Below, piece after piece: positions 24,738 to 37,383 of a stretch of 64,000 nt of DNA. Source of the DNA: Octopus sinensis (taxonomy: Eukaryota); the NCBI RefSeq assembly GCF_006345805.1, contig NC_043000.1, positions 17,732,001 through 17,796,000 on the forward strand, in the 5' to 3' direction. Below the pieces are notes generated by a model that was not told the DNA's origin, searched no databases, and saw nothing but the letters and a program-made list of their open reading frames with translations. The position numbers were made by a program, and so were the translations under genes. The stretch's first letter is position 1. Every line of letters begins with the position of its first letter.

Positions 24738-26329
24738 GTCAGTGTTGGTTCCACATTAAAAGCACTGGTGTTGGTGCCACATAAAAAGAACTGGTGATTG
24801 TGCCACATAAAAAGCACCAGTTCTGGTGCCAAGTAAAAAACACTGGTGCTGGTGCCACATAAAAAGCACCAGTTCTGGTGCCAAGTAAAAAGCACTGGTG
24901 CTGGTGCCACATAAAAAGCACCAGTTCTGGTGCCAAGTAAAAAACACTGGTGTTGGTGCCACATTAAAAGCACTGATGCTGGTGCCACATAAAAAGCACC
25001 AGTTCTGGTGCCAAGTAAAAAGCACTGGTGTTGGTGCCACATAAAAAGAACTGGTGATTGTGCCACATAAAAAGCACCAGTTCTGGTGCCAAGTAAAAAG
25101 CACTGGTGCTGGTGCCACATAAAAAGCACCAGTTCTGGTGCCAAGTAAAAAGCACTGGTGTTGGTGCCACATAAAAAGAACTGGTGATTGTGCCACATAA
25201 AAAGCACCAGTTCTGGTGCCAAGTAAAAAGCACTGGTGCTGGTGCCAAGTAAAAAGCACCAGTTCTGGTGCCAAGTAAAAAGAACTGGTGATTGTGCCAC
25301 ATAAAAAGCACCAGTTCTGGTGCCAAGTAAAAAGCACTGGTGCTGGTGCCAAGTAAAAAGCACCAGTTCTGGTGCCAAGTAAAAAGAACTGGTGATTGTG
25401 CCACATAAAAAGCACCAGTTCTGGTGCCAAGTAAAAAGCACTGGTGCTGGTGCCACATAAAAAGCACTGATGCTGGTGCCACATAAAAAGCACCAGTTCT
25501 GGTGCCAAGTAAAAAGCACTGGTGCTGGTGCCACATAAAAAGCACTGATGCTGGTGCCACATAAAAAGCACTGATGCTGGTGCCACATAAAAAGCACCAG
25601 TTCTGGTGCCAAGTAAAAAGCACTGGTGCTGGTGCCACATAAAAAGCACCAGTTCTGGTGCCAAGTAAAAAACACTGGTGTTGGTGCCACATTAAAAGCA
25701 CTGATGCTGGTGCCACATAAAAAGCACCAGTTCTGGTGCCAAGTAAAAAGCACTGGTGTTGGTGCCACATAAAAAGAACTGGTGATTGTGCCACATAAAA
25801 AGCACCAGTTCTGGTGCCAAGTAAAAAGCACTGGTGCTGGTGCCAAGTAAAAAGCACTGGTGCTGGTGCCACATTAAAAGCACTGGTGCTGGTGCCACAT
25901 AAAAAGCACCAGTTCTGGTGCCTAGTAAAAAGCACTGGTGTTGGTGCCACATAAAAAGAACTGGTGATTGTGCCACATAAAAAGCACCAGTTCTGGTGCC
26001 AAGTAAAAAGCACTGGTGCTGGTGCCACATTAAAAGCACTGGTGCTGGTGCCACATAAAAAGCACCAGTTCTGGTGCCTAGTAAAAAGCACTGGTGTTGG
26101 TGCCACATAAAAAGAACTGGTAATTGTGCCACATAAAAAGCACCAGTTCTGGTGCCAATTAAAAAACACTGGTGCTGGTGCCACATAAAAAGCACCAGTT
26201 CTGGTGCCAAGTAAAAAACACTGGTGTTGGTTCCACATTAAAAGCACTGGTGTTGGTGCCACATAAAAAGAACTGGTGTTGGTACCATGTAAAAAGCACT
26301 GCTGCTGCTGGTGCCATGTGAAAAGCACC
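24738..26329. repeat. 26-bp minisatellite array (~61 monomers) with higher-order variant structure
   Basis: Monomers such as ACTGGTGCTGGTGCCACATAAAAAGC and ACCAGTTCTGGTGCCAAGTAAAAAGC abut without spacers; array runs into a family D body and tail (26330-26492). Confidence 0.95.
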
Positions 26330-26509
26330 TAATACACTCTGTATAGTGGTTGGTGTTAGGAAGGGTATCCAGCTGTAGAAGCCATGCCAAAACAAACTAT
26401 GAAACTTGATGCAGCTCCTGGCTTTGCCAGCACCTGTCAAACCATTCAACAGATGCCTGTATGGTAATCGGACATTAAATGATGATGATGAAACCAAGAT
26501 TGTGGGGAT

Positions 26510-26895
26510 GGAAGCACTCCGTCGGTTACGACGACGAGGGTTCTGGTTGATCCGAATCAACAGAACAGCCTGCTCGTGAAATTAACGTGTAAGTGGCTGA
26601 GCACTCCACAGACACATGCACCCTCAACGTAGTTCTCGGGGATATTCAGCGTGACACAGAGAGTGACAAGGCCGGCCCTTTGAAATACAGGTACAACAGA
26701 AACAGGAAGTAAGAGTGAGAGAAAGTTGTGGTGAAAGAGTACAGCAGGGATCACCACCATCCCCTGCCGGAGCCTCGTGGAGCTTTTAGGTGTTTTCGCT
26801 CAATAAACACTCACAACGCCCGGTCTGGGAATCGAAACCACGATCCTATGACCACGAGTCCGCTGCCCTAACCACTGGGCCATTGCGCCTCCACA
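26510..26895 (-). mobile_element. SINE family C, full length
   Basis: Minus strand GGAGGCGCAATGGCCCAGTGGTTAGGGCAGCGGACTCGTGG...GGTTTCGATTCCC; ends CGTAACCGACGGAGTGCTTC. Confidence 0.9.
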
Positions 26896-27489
26896 ACCAA
26901 GATTGTACACTAGTTAGCATAGAAAAATCGAATTGTTCTGAGGATAGCAACGAGTTGCTGTCAGGTGGATAGTTTTGAAATGTCCAGAAAAGAAACTGTT
27001 GAGGGATAGTGAAGAATGAAGAATGAAGAGAAAATTATGATGGCCATCCATATACCCACCTCCCAGGAATATATTGACTCAACTACAGTTTATACAACCA
27101 CCAGACAGTATGTCACCATCATATGGAATACTTCCGAATAATCTTCACAAGTATTATTTGCAATAACACATATAAATACATGGAAGACTAAAGTACATAT
27201 GCTACTATGGTTCTCTGTGTCTCTCGTTTGCTGCCTCCATCTCTTGACTTCTTCTCTTTCTTCCTTGCTTTCCTTCCGACCACTGTGTATTTTTTTTTTA
27301 CCATTTCCAAAAATAAGAAGAATGAAGAATTTGATCAATATTGTACTCTACATTCTATGTAGCCAAGAAATAAACTGTAACATCAGATGGGAGTTAAAGA
27401 AAATTTACCATAAAATTTACCAAGGAACTAGCCTTGGCATTTTACATAGAGAAATTCGGTATCTGCCTGGATATTATATCCTGCCTCTT

Positions 27490-27510
27490 ACTATATATAT
27501 ATGTAGATAA

Positions 27511-27568
<58 letters not shown>

Positions 27569-27585
27569 GGATGGATGGATGGATG

Positions 27586-27665
<80 letters not shown>

Positions 27666-27890
27666 CACATACATACTTAGATACATGTATGTGTGCGTAT
27701 GTTATATACATGTATGTACATAAATATACATATTGTAGATATATATACATATTTATATATATATGTATGTATATATACATATATGTGTGTGTGTATGTAT
27801 GTATATATGTGTATGTATATACATATATCTACATATATATATATATAATATACATATGCATATATACATGTATATATGTAAATATAAATG

Positions 27891-27921
<31 letters not shown>

Positions 27922-27925
27922 CATA
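27490..27925. repeat. Compound (GATA)n/(GATG)n/(GACA)n/(TA)n/(TATG)n microsatellite
   Basis: Direct inspection. Confidence 0.95.
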
Positions 27926-28699
27926 TTTAACACGCTTGAGCACACTTGGACTGGTGTGAGAAGGCCCTCTGCAGAAACAGTCCCCAGAGAAAGTTCTCCT
28001 CTTAGATGACATATGTGAAAATACATTAGGCTATAAATGACGTCATTGGATTACAGCACATGTGTTTCTGTGAATCCAAATTTAGAAAAATCTTTTCTAG
28101 AACAACATCTCTGGGTAAGGTGATCGTTAATAAAACAGTTTTTTTTTTAGTAAATTCATATGAAAAATAATTCTTTGGATTATTCTCTTAAAGGACCTTG
28201 AAGTGTACTTATGACTGTATTCTTATGTGATTCATGAACAGAGAGAGAGAGAGAGAGCATGAAAAATTTTGCAATAAATCTAACCTACAGTTGACCTATA
28301 CTTGACACAACCTGAGTCCTTTTCTAGAAATCCTTTTGCTAAAGTCATCAGTACTTGCATATTATCATTATCATCATCATCATCATCATCATCATCATCG
28401 TCATCGTTGTCGTCGTTGTCGTCATCATCATTATCATCACCATCGTCATCTCATTTGAATGGCCACATGTCCATGCTTGCATGGGACATATTGTGCTTAC
28501 AGAGACAGATTTTCTATGGTCAGATGCCCTTCCTGTCACCAACCCACACCATGACCAGACGTGTTTCCACAAAATATTGGAAATGAAGAATACCACTTGC
28601 GAGATGGTGACACTTGTTTACAACAATCATGTGATATAAAGGCAAAAAGACAGTAACACATATACATACATACACACATACATACATAGATACATACAT

Positions 28700-29250
28700 G
28701 GTGGCTGCCCCCTCGTTATCGAGTATGGCCATTGCAGGAAGCTTAATCAATGTTGTTATCATGCAATGCCTGTGCAAAAAGAATTTTTTTTAAAGTGAGG
28801 AAAGGCTGTGCACTGAGTCAATCCCACTCACTAAGCAACAGCAGCCATAATCCGAAAAGAACAAGTCAACATCATCGGTAACCACTGAGCCGCAGGTTTT
28901 ATGTCGGAGTTATCCCAGTTACCTGAGTTACCTTCTCCTAGAAGGGTGCCCTAACAAAGGCTAGGAGTCCTTCACTCCCAATGGTTTAACCGCGCGATCG
29001 GGTATTCAGTCTGATTATTTCTATGTCCCCGCGCATGATACAGCCTTAAGACATTTATTGGATGGCCGTTAACTCTCAAGAGTTCCTTCGTCCTTTGACC
29101 GGTTTTGTTTTTCATCCTGCAGGGTGTCCAATAAACACCCTCCTCACCAAGCAAACTTGGTGGGGTTGCCGGTTTAGTTGCCGACGACCCGACCGTGCAA
29201 CAGGTTGTGCTAGGTTACATGTTACCAGTAGCACTCGAAAGTGACCTGGC
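28700..29250 (-). mobile_element. CpG-rich RTE-related non-coding element (5' UTR-like segment plus RTE-type 3' end)
   Basis: CCTTCTAGGAGAAGGTAACTC resembles RTE 5' UTR motifs; downstream GGCCATACTCGATAACGAGGGGGCAGCCACCATGTATG resembles the RTE ends at 35050 and 52450. Confidence 0.4.
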
Positions 29251-29968
29251 ATAACATTCATACATACATACATACATGCATACATACATATATACATACA
29301 TACATATATACAAACAAACATATATATTATATATATATATACACACACATGTACATTCACACACCCATTCACACACACACACATGCACACACGCACACAT
29401 GCATGCATGCACGCATGCACACACTTGAACATAAAGTCAGGAGGTTTAGGAGTTGAATATATATTTTCATTTATCTAATCAAGTGATTACAACTGTTTCA
29501 CAACTTTCGTTATGTAGTATTAATTTCAGAAGACAAGAAATTATGCAAACATGATGTACCCATGATGTTCAGGTGATCTGATGAGCTGGCTTTCTTTATC
29601 TGAATTAATTCGTAAATATACACTTGTATTGAATAATAGTTACCATGCATATTAATGCAAACTTGTATGTGTAATTTCTTCGATATTGAAATTAATAGCA
29701 CATAAAGAAAATTGCAAAACTGCCGTAATCACTTGGTTAAATAAATAAATAAAAATACGTATTCAACTCTCAAATATTCTAACTTTATGTTTTTATATAT
29801 TCTTTGCTGAATAATGGTGTTGCTCACATTTTCTGGATTTTTAGTTACACAGATACTTGACATTATACTGCTTTATAATTCATTGCTATGTGAACTGATA
29901 GCTGAGTCTGTAAGAAGAGCTTATCATGATAGCAGCATGATTCTCTGAATCCATACCTCATACTACTC

Positions 29969-30038
<70 letters not shown>

Positions 30039-30067
30039 TAGAAGGTTTGGAGGTAATGTACAGGTAT

Positions 30068-30290
30068 TATATATTAGAAGAAATAAGGTACTCAGAAATC
30101 TGGATGGTTTTATATTTACAGATTTTTATTAATATGTCACACGTTTTTATAAATCATATATTAGTGCATCATCTACTAGAGTGGATGCAAGCGCTAATAT
30201 ATGATTTATAAAAACGTGTGACATATTAATAAAAATCTGTAAATATAAAACCATCCAAATTTTTGAGTACCTTATTTCTTCTAATATATA
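30068..30290. repeat. Foldback: 100-bp inverted arms, 23-nt loop, 3 mismatches
   Basis: Arms 30068-30167 / 30191-30290 compared base by base. Confidence 0.95.
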
Positions 30291-30312
30291 TATTAAATGA
30301 TGATGATGATGA

Positions 30313-30339
<27 letters not shown>

Positions 30340-30346
<7 letters not shown>

Positions 30347-30775
30347 TCATCATCATCATTTAGCGTCCGCTTTCCATGCTAGCATGGGTTGGACGGTTCG
30401 ACCGGGGTCTGGGAAGCCAGAAGGCTGCACCAGGCCCAGTCTGATCTGGCAATGTTTCTACGGCTGGATGCCCTTCCTAATGCCAACCACTCCGTGAGTG
30501 TAGTGGGTGCTTTTTACGTGCCACCTGCACAGGTGCCAGGGGGGGTCCGGCATCGGCCACGATCGGTTGGAGCTTTTAACGTGCCAGCGGCACGGAAGCC
30601 AGCAAGGCTGCACTGGGATCGGCCACGTTCGGATGGTGCTTTTTATGTGCCACTGGCACAGAAGCCAGTCGGGGTGGCGCTGGCATCGGCCACGTTCGGA
30701 TGGTGCTTTTTATGTGCCACCGGCACAGAAGCCAGTCGAGTCGGCACTGGCTACGGCCACGTTCGGATGGTGCTT
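30340..30775 (-). mobile_element. Family D copy with ~4 upstream tandem units
   Basis: Same end as the 7733 element. Confidence 0.85.
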
Positions 30776-31245
30776 TATATATATATATATATATTATATA
30801 TATATATATATATTATTAATATTTAGCTTGCTCAAGTGCAACACTCTATGCAACAGTCACTTACTTGTATATTCATAAGTTTACCAAAGAGTATTGCAAG
30901 TGAAACAAGTGAATTTTCATAGAAATTTTCATACCAAAAATTCTTGCTGCAGAAGCATTAATTCATTTTTTTAATGAATTTTCATAGATTAATTTTTATA
31001 AATATTTATAGTTGTTTACACAATGTTATGTGCCGATGTGCAGAACCAATCATTTCTGGCAAGCTGTTTTCAAAATAATCCAAACAAATGACATGGATGT
31101 GCACATAAGAATAGAGCTTCAAACACTATAAAACAATTCATTTGAGGATCATAAATAAGAAACTTCAAAGAATGACTTACACACTCAGTTTTGAATAAAT
31201 AGCTAGATAAATAAATATGTATATGTATGAGTGTCTACATGTGTG

Positions 31246-31316
<71 letters not shown>

Positions 31317-31362
31317 CTATATTTATATTATATATATATATATATTATATATATATATATAT

Positions 31363-31415
<53 letters not shown>

Positions 31416-31440
31416 TACATATATATACATATATATATAC

Positions 31441-31512
<72 letters not shown>

Positions 31513-31547
31513 ATATATATATATAATATATATATATATATAATATA

Positions 31548-31935
31548 ATAGGTGCAGGAGTGGCTGTGTGGTAAGTAGCTTGTCTACCAACCACATGGTT
31601 CCGGGTTCAGTCCCATGCATGGCATCTTGGGCAAGTGACTATTGCTATAGCCCCGGCCGACCAATGCCTTGTGAGTGGATTTGGTAGACGGAAACTGAAA
31701 GAAGCCTGTCGTATATATGTATATATATGTATGTGTGTCTGTGTTTGTTCCCCTAGCATTGCTTGACAACCGATGCTGGTGTGCTTACGTCCCCGTCACT
31801 TAGCGGTTCAGCAAAAAGAGACCGATAGAATAAGTACTGGGCTTACAAAAAGAATAAGTCCTGGGGGTCGAGTCGCTCGACTAAAGGCGGTGCTCCAGCA
31901 TGGCCGCAGTCAAATGACTGAAACAAGTAAAAAAT
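31548..31935 (+). mobile_element. SINE family A
   Basis: Consensus match; sits after a ~330-bp (TA)n/(TG)n tract. Confidence 0.9.
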
Positions 31936-31938
31936 ATG

Positions 31939-32002
<64 letters not shown>

Positions 32003-32004
<2 letters not shown>

Positions 32005-32206
32005 GGGTGTCCCAGAAGTCGCGCACCACCCTAAATTTTTTAAAAATACACCCTTTCTGATTTCAAAAACACATTGAAATTAATTGTTACAAATGCTCAA
32101 ATTGAGTACCCTCTACAATAAAACATACAGAAAAATATAATTAAATAAAATGCTTTAATTATTTTAAATGAAAACCAGAATGGGGCACAACTTCTGGGAC
32201 ACCCTG
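32003..32206. mobile_element. Tc1/mariner MITE (204 bp)
   Basis: TIR CAGGGTGTCCCAGAAGT... at both ends, TA target duplication. Confidence 0.9.
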
Positions 32207-32372
32207 TATATATATACATACATACGTATTATATATATATGTGTGTGTGTGAGGGAGTGTATTTATATATATATATATATTAGGGTTGAAAATCAATTAA
32301 GGCTGTTCGTCATTTTTACAATCTACAGAGAAACAGGTAAATTTGACTTCTTTGGATATTGGCTACATAGGC

Positions 32373-32418
<46 letters not shown>

Positions 32419-33201
32419 ATGTGACTGTGTAGTAAGAAGGCTGCTTCCCAACCACATGGTTCCAGCTTGAATCCCATTGCATGGGACCTTAGTCGTGTGT
32501 CTTCTACCATAGCCTTGAGCCAACCAAAGCCTTGTGAGTGGATTTGGTAGACAGGAGATGTTAGGAAGAGCATTGGTGTCAGGAAGAGGCATCTAGCTGT
32601 AGAGACGATGCCAAATCACGCTGGAACCTGGTGGAGCCCTCCAGCTTACCAGTCCCAGTCAGACCGTCTAACTCATGCCAGCATGGAAAGCAGACATTAA
32701 ATGATGATGATGAAGATGATGATGACGATGATGATGAAACTGAAAGAAGCCCATCATATATATATAACAAAATCAAAATCGATCAATATCAATGGAAATT
32801 GTAACTGTCATACCAGTGCCGGTGGCACATCAGAGAACCATCCGAATGTGGCCGTAGCCAGTGCTACCCTGACTTGGTCTCCGTGCCGGTGGCACATAAA
32901 AAGCACCACCTGATCGTGGCCGTTGCCAGCCTCGTCTGGCACCTGTACCGGTGGCATGTAAAAAGCACCCACTACACTCACGGAGTGGTTGGCGTTAGGA
33001 AGGGCACCCAGCTGTAGAAGCGCTGCCAGATCAGACTGGGCCTGGCGCAGCCTTCTGGCTTCCCAGACCCCAGTTGAACCGTCCAACCCATGCTAGCATG
33101 GAAAGCGGACGTTAAACGATGATGATGATGATGATGATGATATTTATATATTCATACACACACACATATATGTGTGTCTTTGTATCTGTTCACAACCAGT
33201 T

Positions 33202-34668
33202 TATAGGCCTATCTCTCTGACCTCACACATCAGCAAAGTCATGGAACGAATAGTCTGTAAGAAACTAATCATGTTCCTTGAAGAAAATGACTTGCTGTCT
33301 GACACCCAGCATGGATTTCGACCAGGTAGAAGCTACCTAACACAGCTCCTGCAACATTATGACTGGGTGTTGAAACAGCTACTAAATGGCTCAAATGTGG
33401 ATGTAATATATCTCGACTTTGCAAAAGCCTTTGATAAGTCGACCATGGTATGATCTGTCACAACTGTGTGGTCTCGGCATAGGCGGAAAACTTGGAGAGT
33501 GGCTGCACAACTTCCTAAAAGACAGAAAACAGGCAGTTGTGAGCAATGGAGCCACCTCCAAGGAAACACAAATAACAAGCGGTGTCCCACAGGGCACTGT
33601 CTTGGGGCCACTGATGTTCATAGTGGCCCTTTCAGACATGCCTTCAGTTGCTACGATGACCACCCTTGCTAGCTATGCAGATGACACAAAAGTCTCCCAC
33701 GCAATACAAAACCCTGAAAATATTGCGCATCTGCAACAGGAGTTGGACACAATATACAGGTGGGCTGAGGACAACAGCATGCAGTCTAATGCAGGTAAGT
33801 TCCAGGCCCTGCACTACTGGCACACAAAGGTAAACGATGTGCAGACTGGATACACTGGCCCAGGAAGAATTGCAATCCCTGAGTCAAAATCAGTGCGTGA
33901 CCTGGGCATTGACATGAGCAATGATGCATCTTTCCAAGTGCCTATTGCTAATCTGGTGATAAAATGCAGACGGCTAGCTGGATGGATTCTCCGAACTTTC
34001 AGAACATGAGAGAAGTAGACACTGATGGTCCTATGGAAAACATTCGTCCTCAGCCGCTTGGACTACTGCTCCCAACTGTGATCACCACACAATATAAAAC
34101 TAACAGCAGAACTCAAAGCAATTCAGAGAAGCTACACAAAAAAAATTGTCTCAATGCAAAATATCAGCTACTGGAAAAGACTGAAGGTATTAAACCTCTT
34201 CTCCCTAGAGCGGAGGCGGGAGAGATATGCATTGATATACATCTAGAAAATCCTGGAGAGTCTTGTCCCAAACTTTGGCATTCAAAGTTACCCCAACCGC
34301 AGAACGGGGCACCACTGCATAGTGCCAAGGATTCCAGCATCACCATCAAAATACAGGTCCAGATACTGCAACAGCTTGGGTTTCAGAGGACCACAGCTCT
34401 TTAACATCCTCCCTAAATGCCTGAGAGACTTACATGGTGTGGATGTGGGTTTCTTTAAAACTAAACTGGATCTCTTCTTGTCAGGAGTCCCAGATGAACC
34501 TACCTCACGACAGGAGACGCGGATGTGGGCAGCAGCATCGAACTCCCTTGTTGATCAAGTGCCACGTATCAGAGGTGGATTCACAAATTAGTGTAGCTCA
34601 TTCAGCGGTGGTGCCCCAGCATGGCCGCGGCCTTCGGACTAAAACATTTTTAAGGATTTAAGGATTTA
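33202..34668 (+). mobile_element. 5'-truncated CR1-clade LINE (RT domain to 3' end), inactivated
   Basis: YRPISLTSHISKVMER, QHGFRPGRS, YLDFAKAFDK, GVPQGTVLGP, YADDTK, VRDLGI, SRLDYCSQ motifs with stops and frameshifts; tail GGTGCCCCAGCATGGCCGCGGCCTTCGGACTAAAACA(TTTAAGGA)n. Confidence 0.95.
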
Positions 34669-34714
34669 TATATATAAATAGATGCACACACACACACACA
34701 CACACATATACATC

Positions 34715-35080
34715 AACATATTTTTGTGTGCACTGTTTGTGACAGACCATGCCTTTCTTTTGCTGGACTCAAATCTCATTTGCGAACCCACGGAAAACAA
34801 ACCTCCACCAACTATTCTACCTATATGTCTGTGCACATCTTTCAATGTAACGTATGCCAGAAGATCTGCAAATCTAACAGATGCTTCAAAAGACATTTTA
34901 AGATCCACAAAGATCAGAACGTAACTGCAGCTCTTGATGGTCCAAATCAGATATGCAATCTATGGAGGTGGGTGTCTTTTCAACACATTGTCTGGTTTAG
35001 AAAACCACATCAGATGTCATAATGGTTCTAAGGTGTAGGTACAGGAGGCGGTCAAACTCTGCATCAGGAATAGACAACCA

Positions 35081-35084
<4 letters not shown>
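34715..35084 (+). mobile_element. RTE-type LINE 3' end with three C2H2 zinc-finger relics
   Basis: CTVCDRPCLSFAGLKSHLRTH, CNVCQKICKSNRCFKRHFKIH, and a frameshifted third finger ...TLSGLENHIRCH; short UTR ending ACAACCACCATATA. Confidence 0.7.
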
Positions 35085-35110
<26 letters not shown>

Positions 35111-35113
<3 letters not shown>

Positions 35114-35456
35114 CAAAATAAGCAACAAGGATATCCAGAGGTAATACAGTATGATCGTTTCATGCAACTCCATTTAATTGAGCAATGCAATCATTACATC
35201 AATTTAAATGCAGAGCTTCTATGCTGGAGTGAAGGCAGCATGTTCTTTGTCTATCTCCCTTAACTTCTTGGAGATTTTAGGTATAATTATACTAATGTGT
35301 CCATCTGTTTTAATTTAATTAAATTCTATGTCTTTGTGCAACTGAGGATTGCTCTGCATTTAAATTGATGTAATGATTGCATTGTTCAATTAAATGGAGT
35401 TGCATGAAACGATCGTACTGCATTACCTCTGGATATCCTTGCTGCTTATTTTGATT
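35111..35456. repeat. Foldback/MITE-like: 106-bp inverted arms, 134-bp spacer, 4 mismatches
   Basis: Arms 35111-35216 / 35351-35456. Confidence 0.9.
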
Positions 35457-36402
35457 TTAATCACCTCACTTTGAAATTGTATGGATAATACTGTACGAAA
35501 GTCTGGTGCCTCAACTTAATTACCATATTCATTTGTATCTATACATATTTATATATCTTTATATTAACTATATTACATGCATGTGAACAACATGCATACA
35601 CACATGCACATACATACTTGCACATATGCATGTGGGCACATGTATATATATTTAATACATCAGCTTCACATGCAAACGTAGGTGTATAGCTGTTATTATT
35701 TTTAAAATTTAGTTTAAAATATTTCCTTGACTGCTACCCTAGTATGTAATCAGTATATCTAAAAGGGATACTTTGAGAGTCACACCCTATTTGGAGGTTC
35801 ATGAATACAAACACACACTGATACATACATAAATACATGCACAAATACACAAATAAATATATATATATACACACACACATACACACATGCTATACACATA
35901 TGCACACAGTCAATCAGAGAAAGGAAGACTTATGTGAAATTATTTAAAGAATGTTTCAGAATTATAATAATTAATTAAAATGTTGTTGTTATTATTGTTG
36001 TTGTTGATGTTGTTGTTGTTGTTCTTCTTCTTCTTCTTCTTTTTCTTCTTCTTCTTCTTCTTCTTTCCTCCTCCTCCTCCTCCTCCTTCTTCTCCTTCCT
36101 CTTCACCTTCTCTATCGTCATTATCATCATCGTGATGATGGTAGTAGTGTTGCTTTTGTTTGAGTTGTTGTTGTTGTTGGTGGTGATGCTGTTACTTTCT
36201 GGATGAAACTCCAAATTCAGAAGAATAGTTAATGTAAGACATGATTGTGTGGTTAGAAGTTTGCTTCTCAACCACACGGCTCCGAGTTCAGGCCCACTGC
36301 CTGGCATCTTGGGCAAATATCTTCAACTATAGCCCTGGGTCAACCAAAGTCTTGTGAATAGATTTGATAGCCAGAAACAAAGAAATCCATTGTGTGTGTG
36401 TG

Positions 36403-36449
<47 letters not shown>

Positions 36450-36455
36450 GGAAAA

Positions 36456-36489
<34 letters not shown>

Positions 36490-37278
36490 CATGGAAAATA
36501 TATACATGAATGCTGTGGCGTTCAATCATATAATAATATAAATATTATATAAATATATGCATATATACATACATTATACATATATATATATATGTACATA
36601 CCTACATATATATGTATATATATACATGCACATATAGGGAACAGGACATTAAAAAAATGTTGAACACATTGAGAAACGCAAACATAAAAACAAAAACATA
36701 GAAACAAACTATTTTTCAAACAACGAAAGGACAGAGTACAAGACATACAACACAAGGAATATTCCCCTTCTTCAGTTGTCCCCTGTTTCATCTACTCCAC
36801 GTTTCGAAAGTAAGGACAAGACGCGACTTCATTGAAACAGTCCTTCCCGCAAAGCAAATTAAATAAAATTGGGGATTTTTTGCGCAGGGTGAAAGTGGTA
36901 ACAAGAACAGGACAGTGAGAACAAAATAGTAAAAACGAATGATAAGGGCTGTTAAGCCAAGACAATAGAAAAATTCTTCTGAATGCTAGGAGGATGAGCC
37001 TATGAAGGAGAGAGTATAAGCACGTTGTTGTCTTTACAGAAGGTAGTAGTCAGAAAGATAGATTCTCTTTCGTCATGTGTCAGCGACGAGAGAGTCGAGG
37101 AGGAAGAGTGAGAGAGAGGGAATGGTGAAGGGGAGAGAAGAATAGGGAAGGGTGGGAGAGAAAGCCAGAAAGGATGAAGAACAAGAGAGAGAGAGAGACA
37201 GATAGAGAAGAGTTAGTAAAGATAGAAGAGTGCGCAACGTAATTATTAAGATATGTACACATATATATACAGACACAC

Positions 37279-37322
<44 letters not shown>

Positions 37323-37383
37323 ATAAAACGGTAAGATAACAAAAGAAAGACAGAGACCTCAATATTATGTAAATAGAGGAATT

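Noticed and set aside
24584-26328. Long ORFs of 420, 302, 454 and 172 aa
   Set aside because: All are translations of the same stop-poor 26-bp repeat in different frames, with no splice signals or domain; not called as CDS.
24738-26329. CRISPR-like appearance of the 26-bp array
   Set aside because: Monomers abut with no unique spacers, there are no cas genes, and the context is eukaryotic; it derives from a LINE UTR.
29450-29769. Possible MITE bounded by a 10-bp inverted repeat GAGTTGAATA
   Set aside because: No TSD and no second copy; the internal CTGATGAG lacks a downstream GAAA, so it is not a hammerhead.
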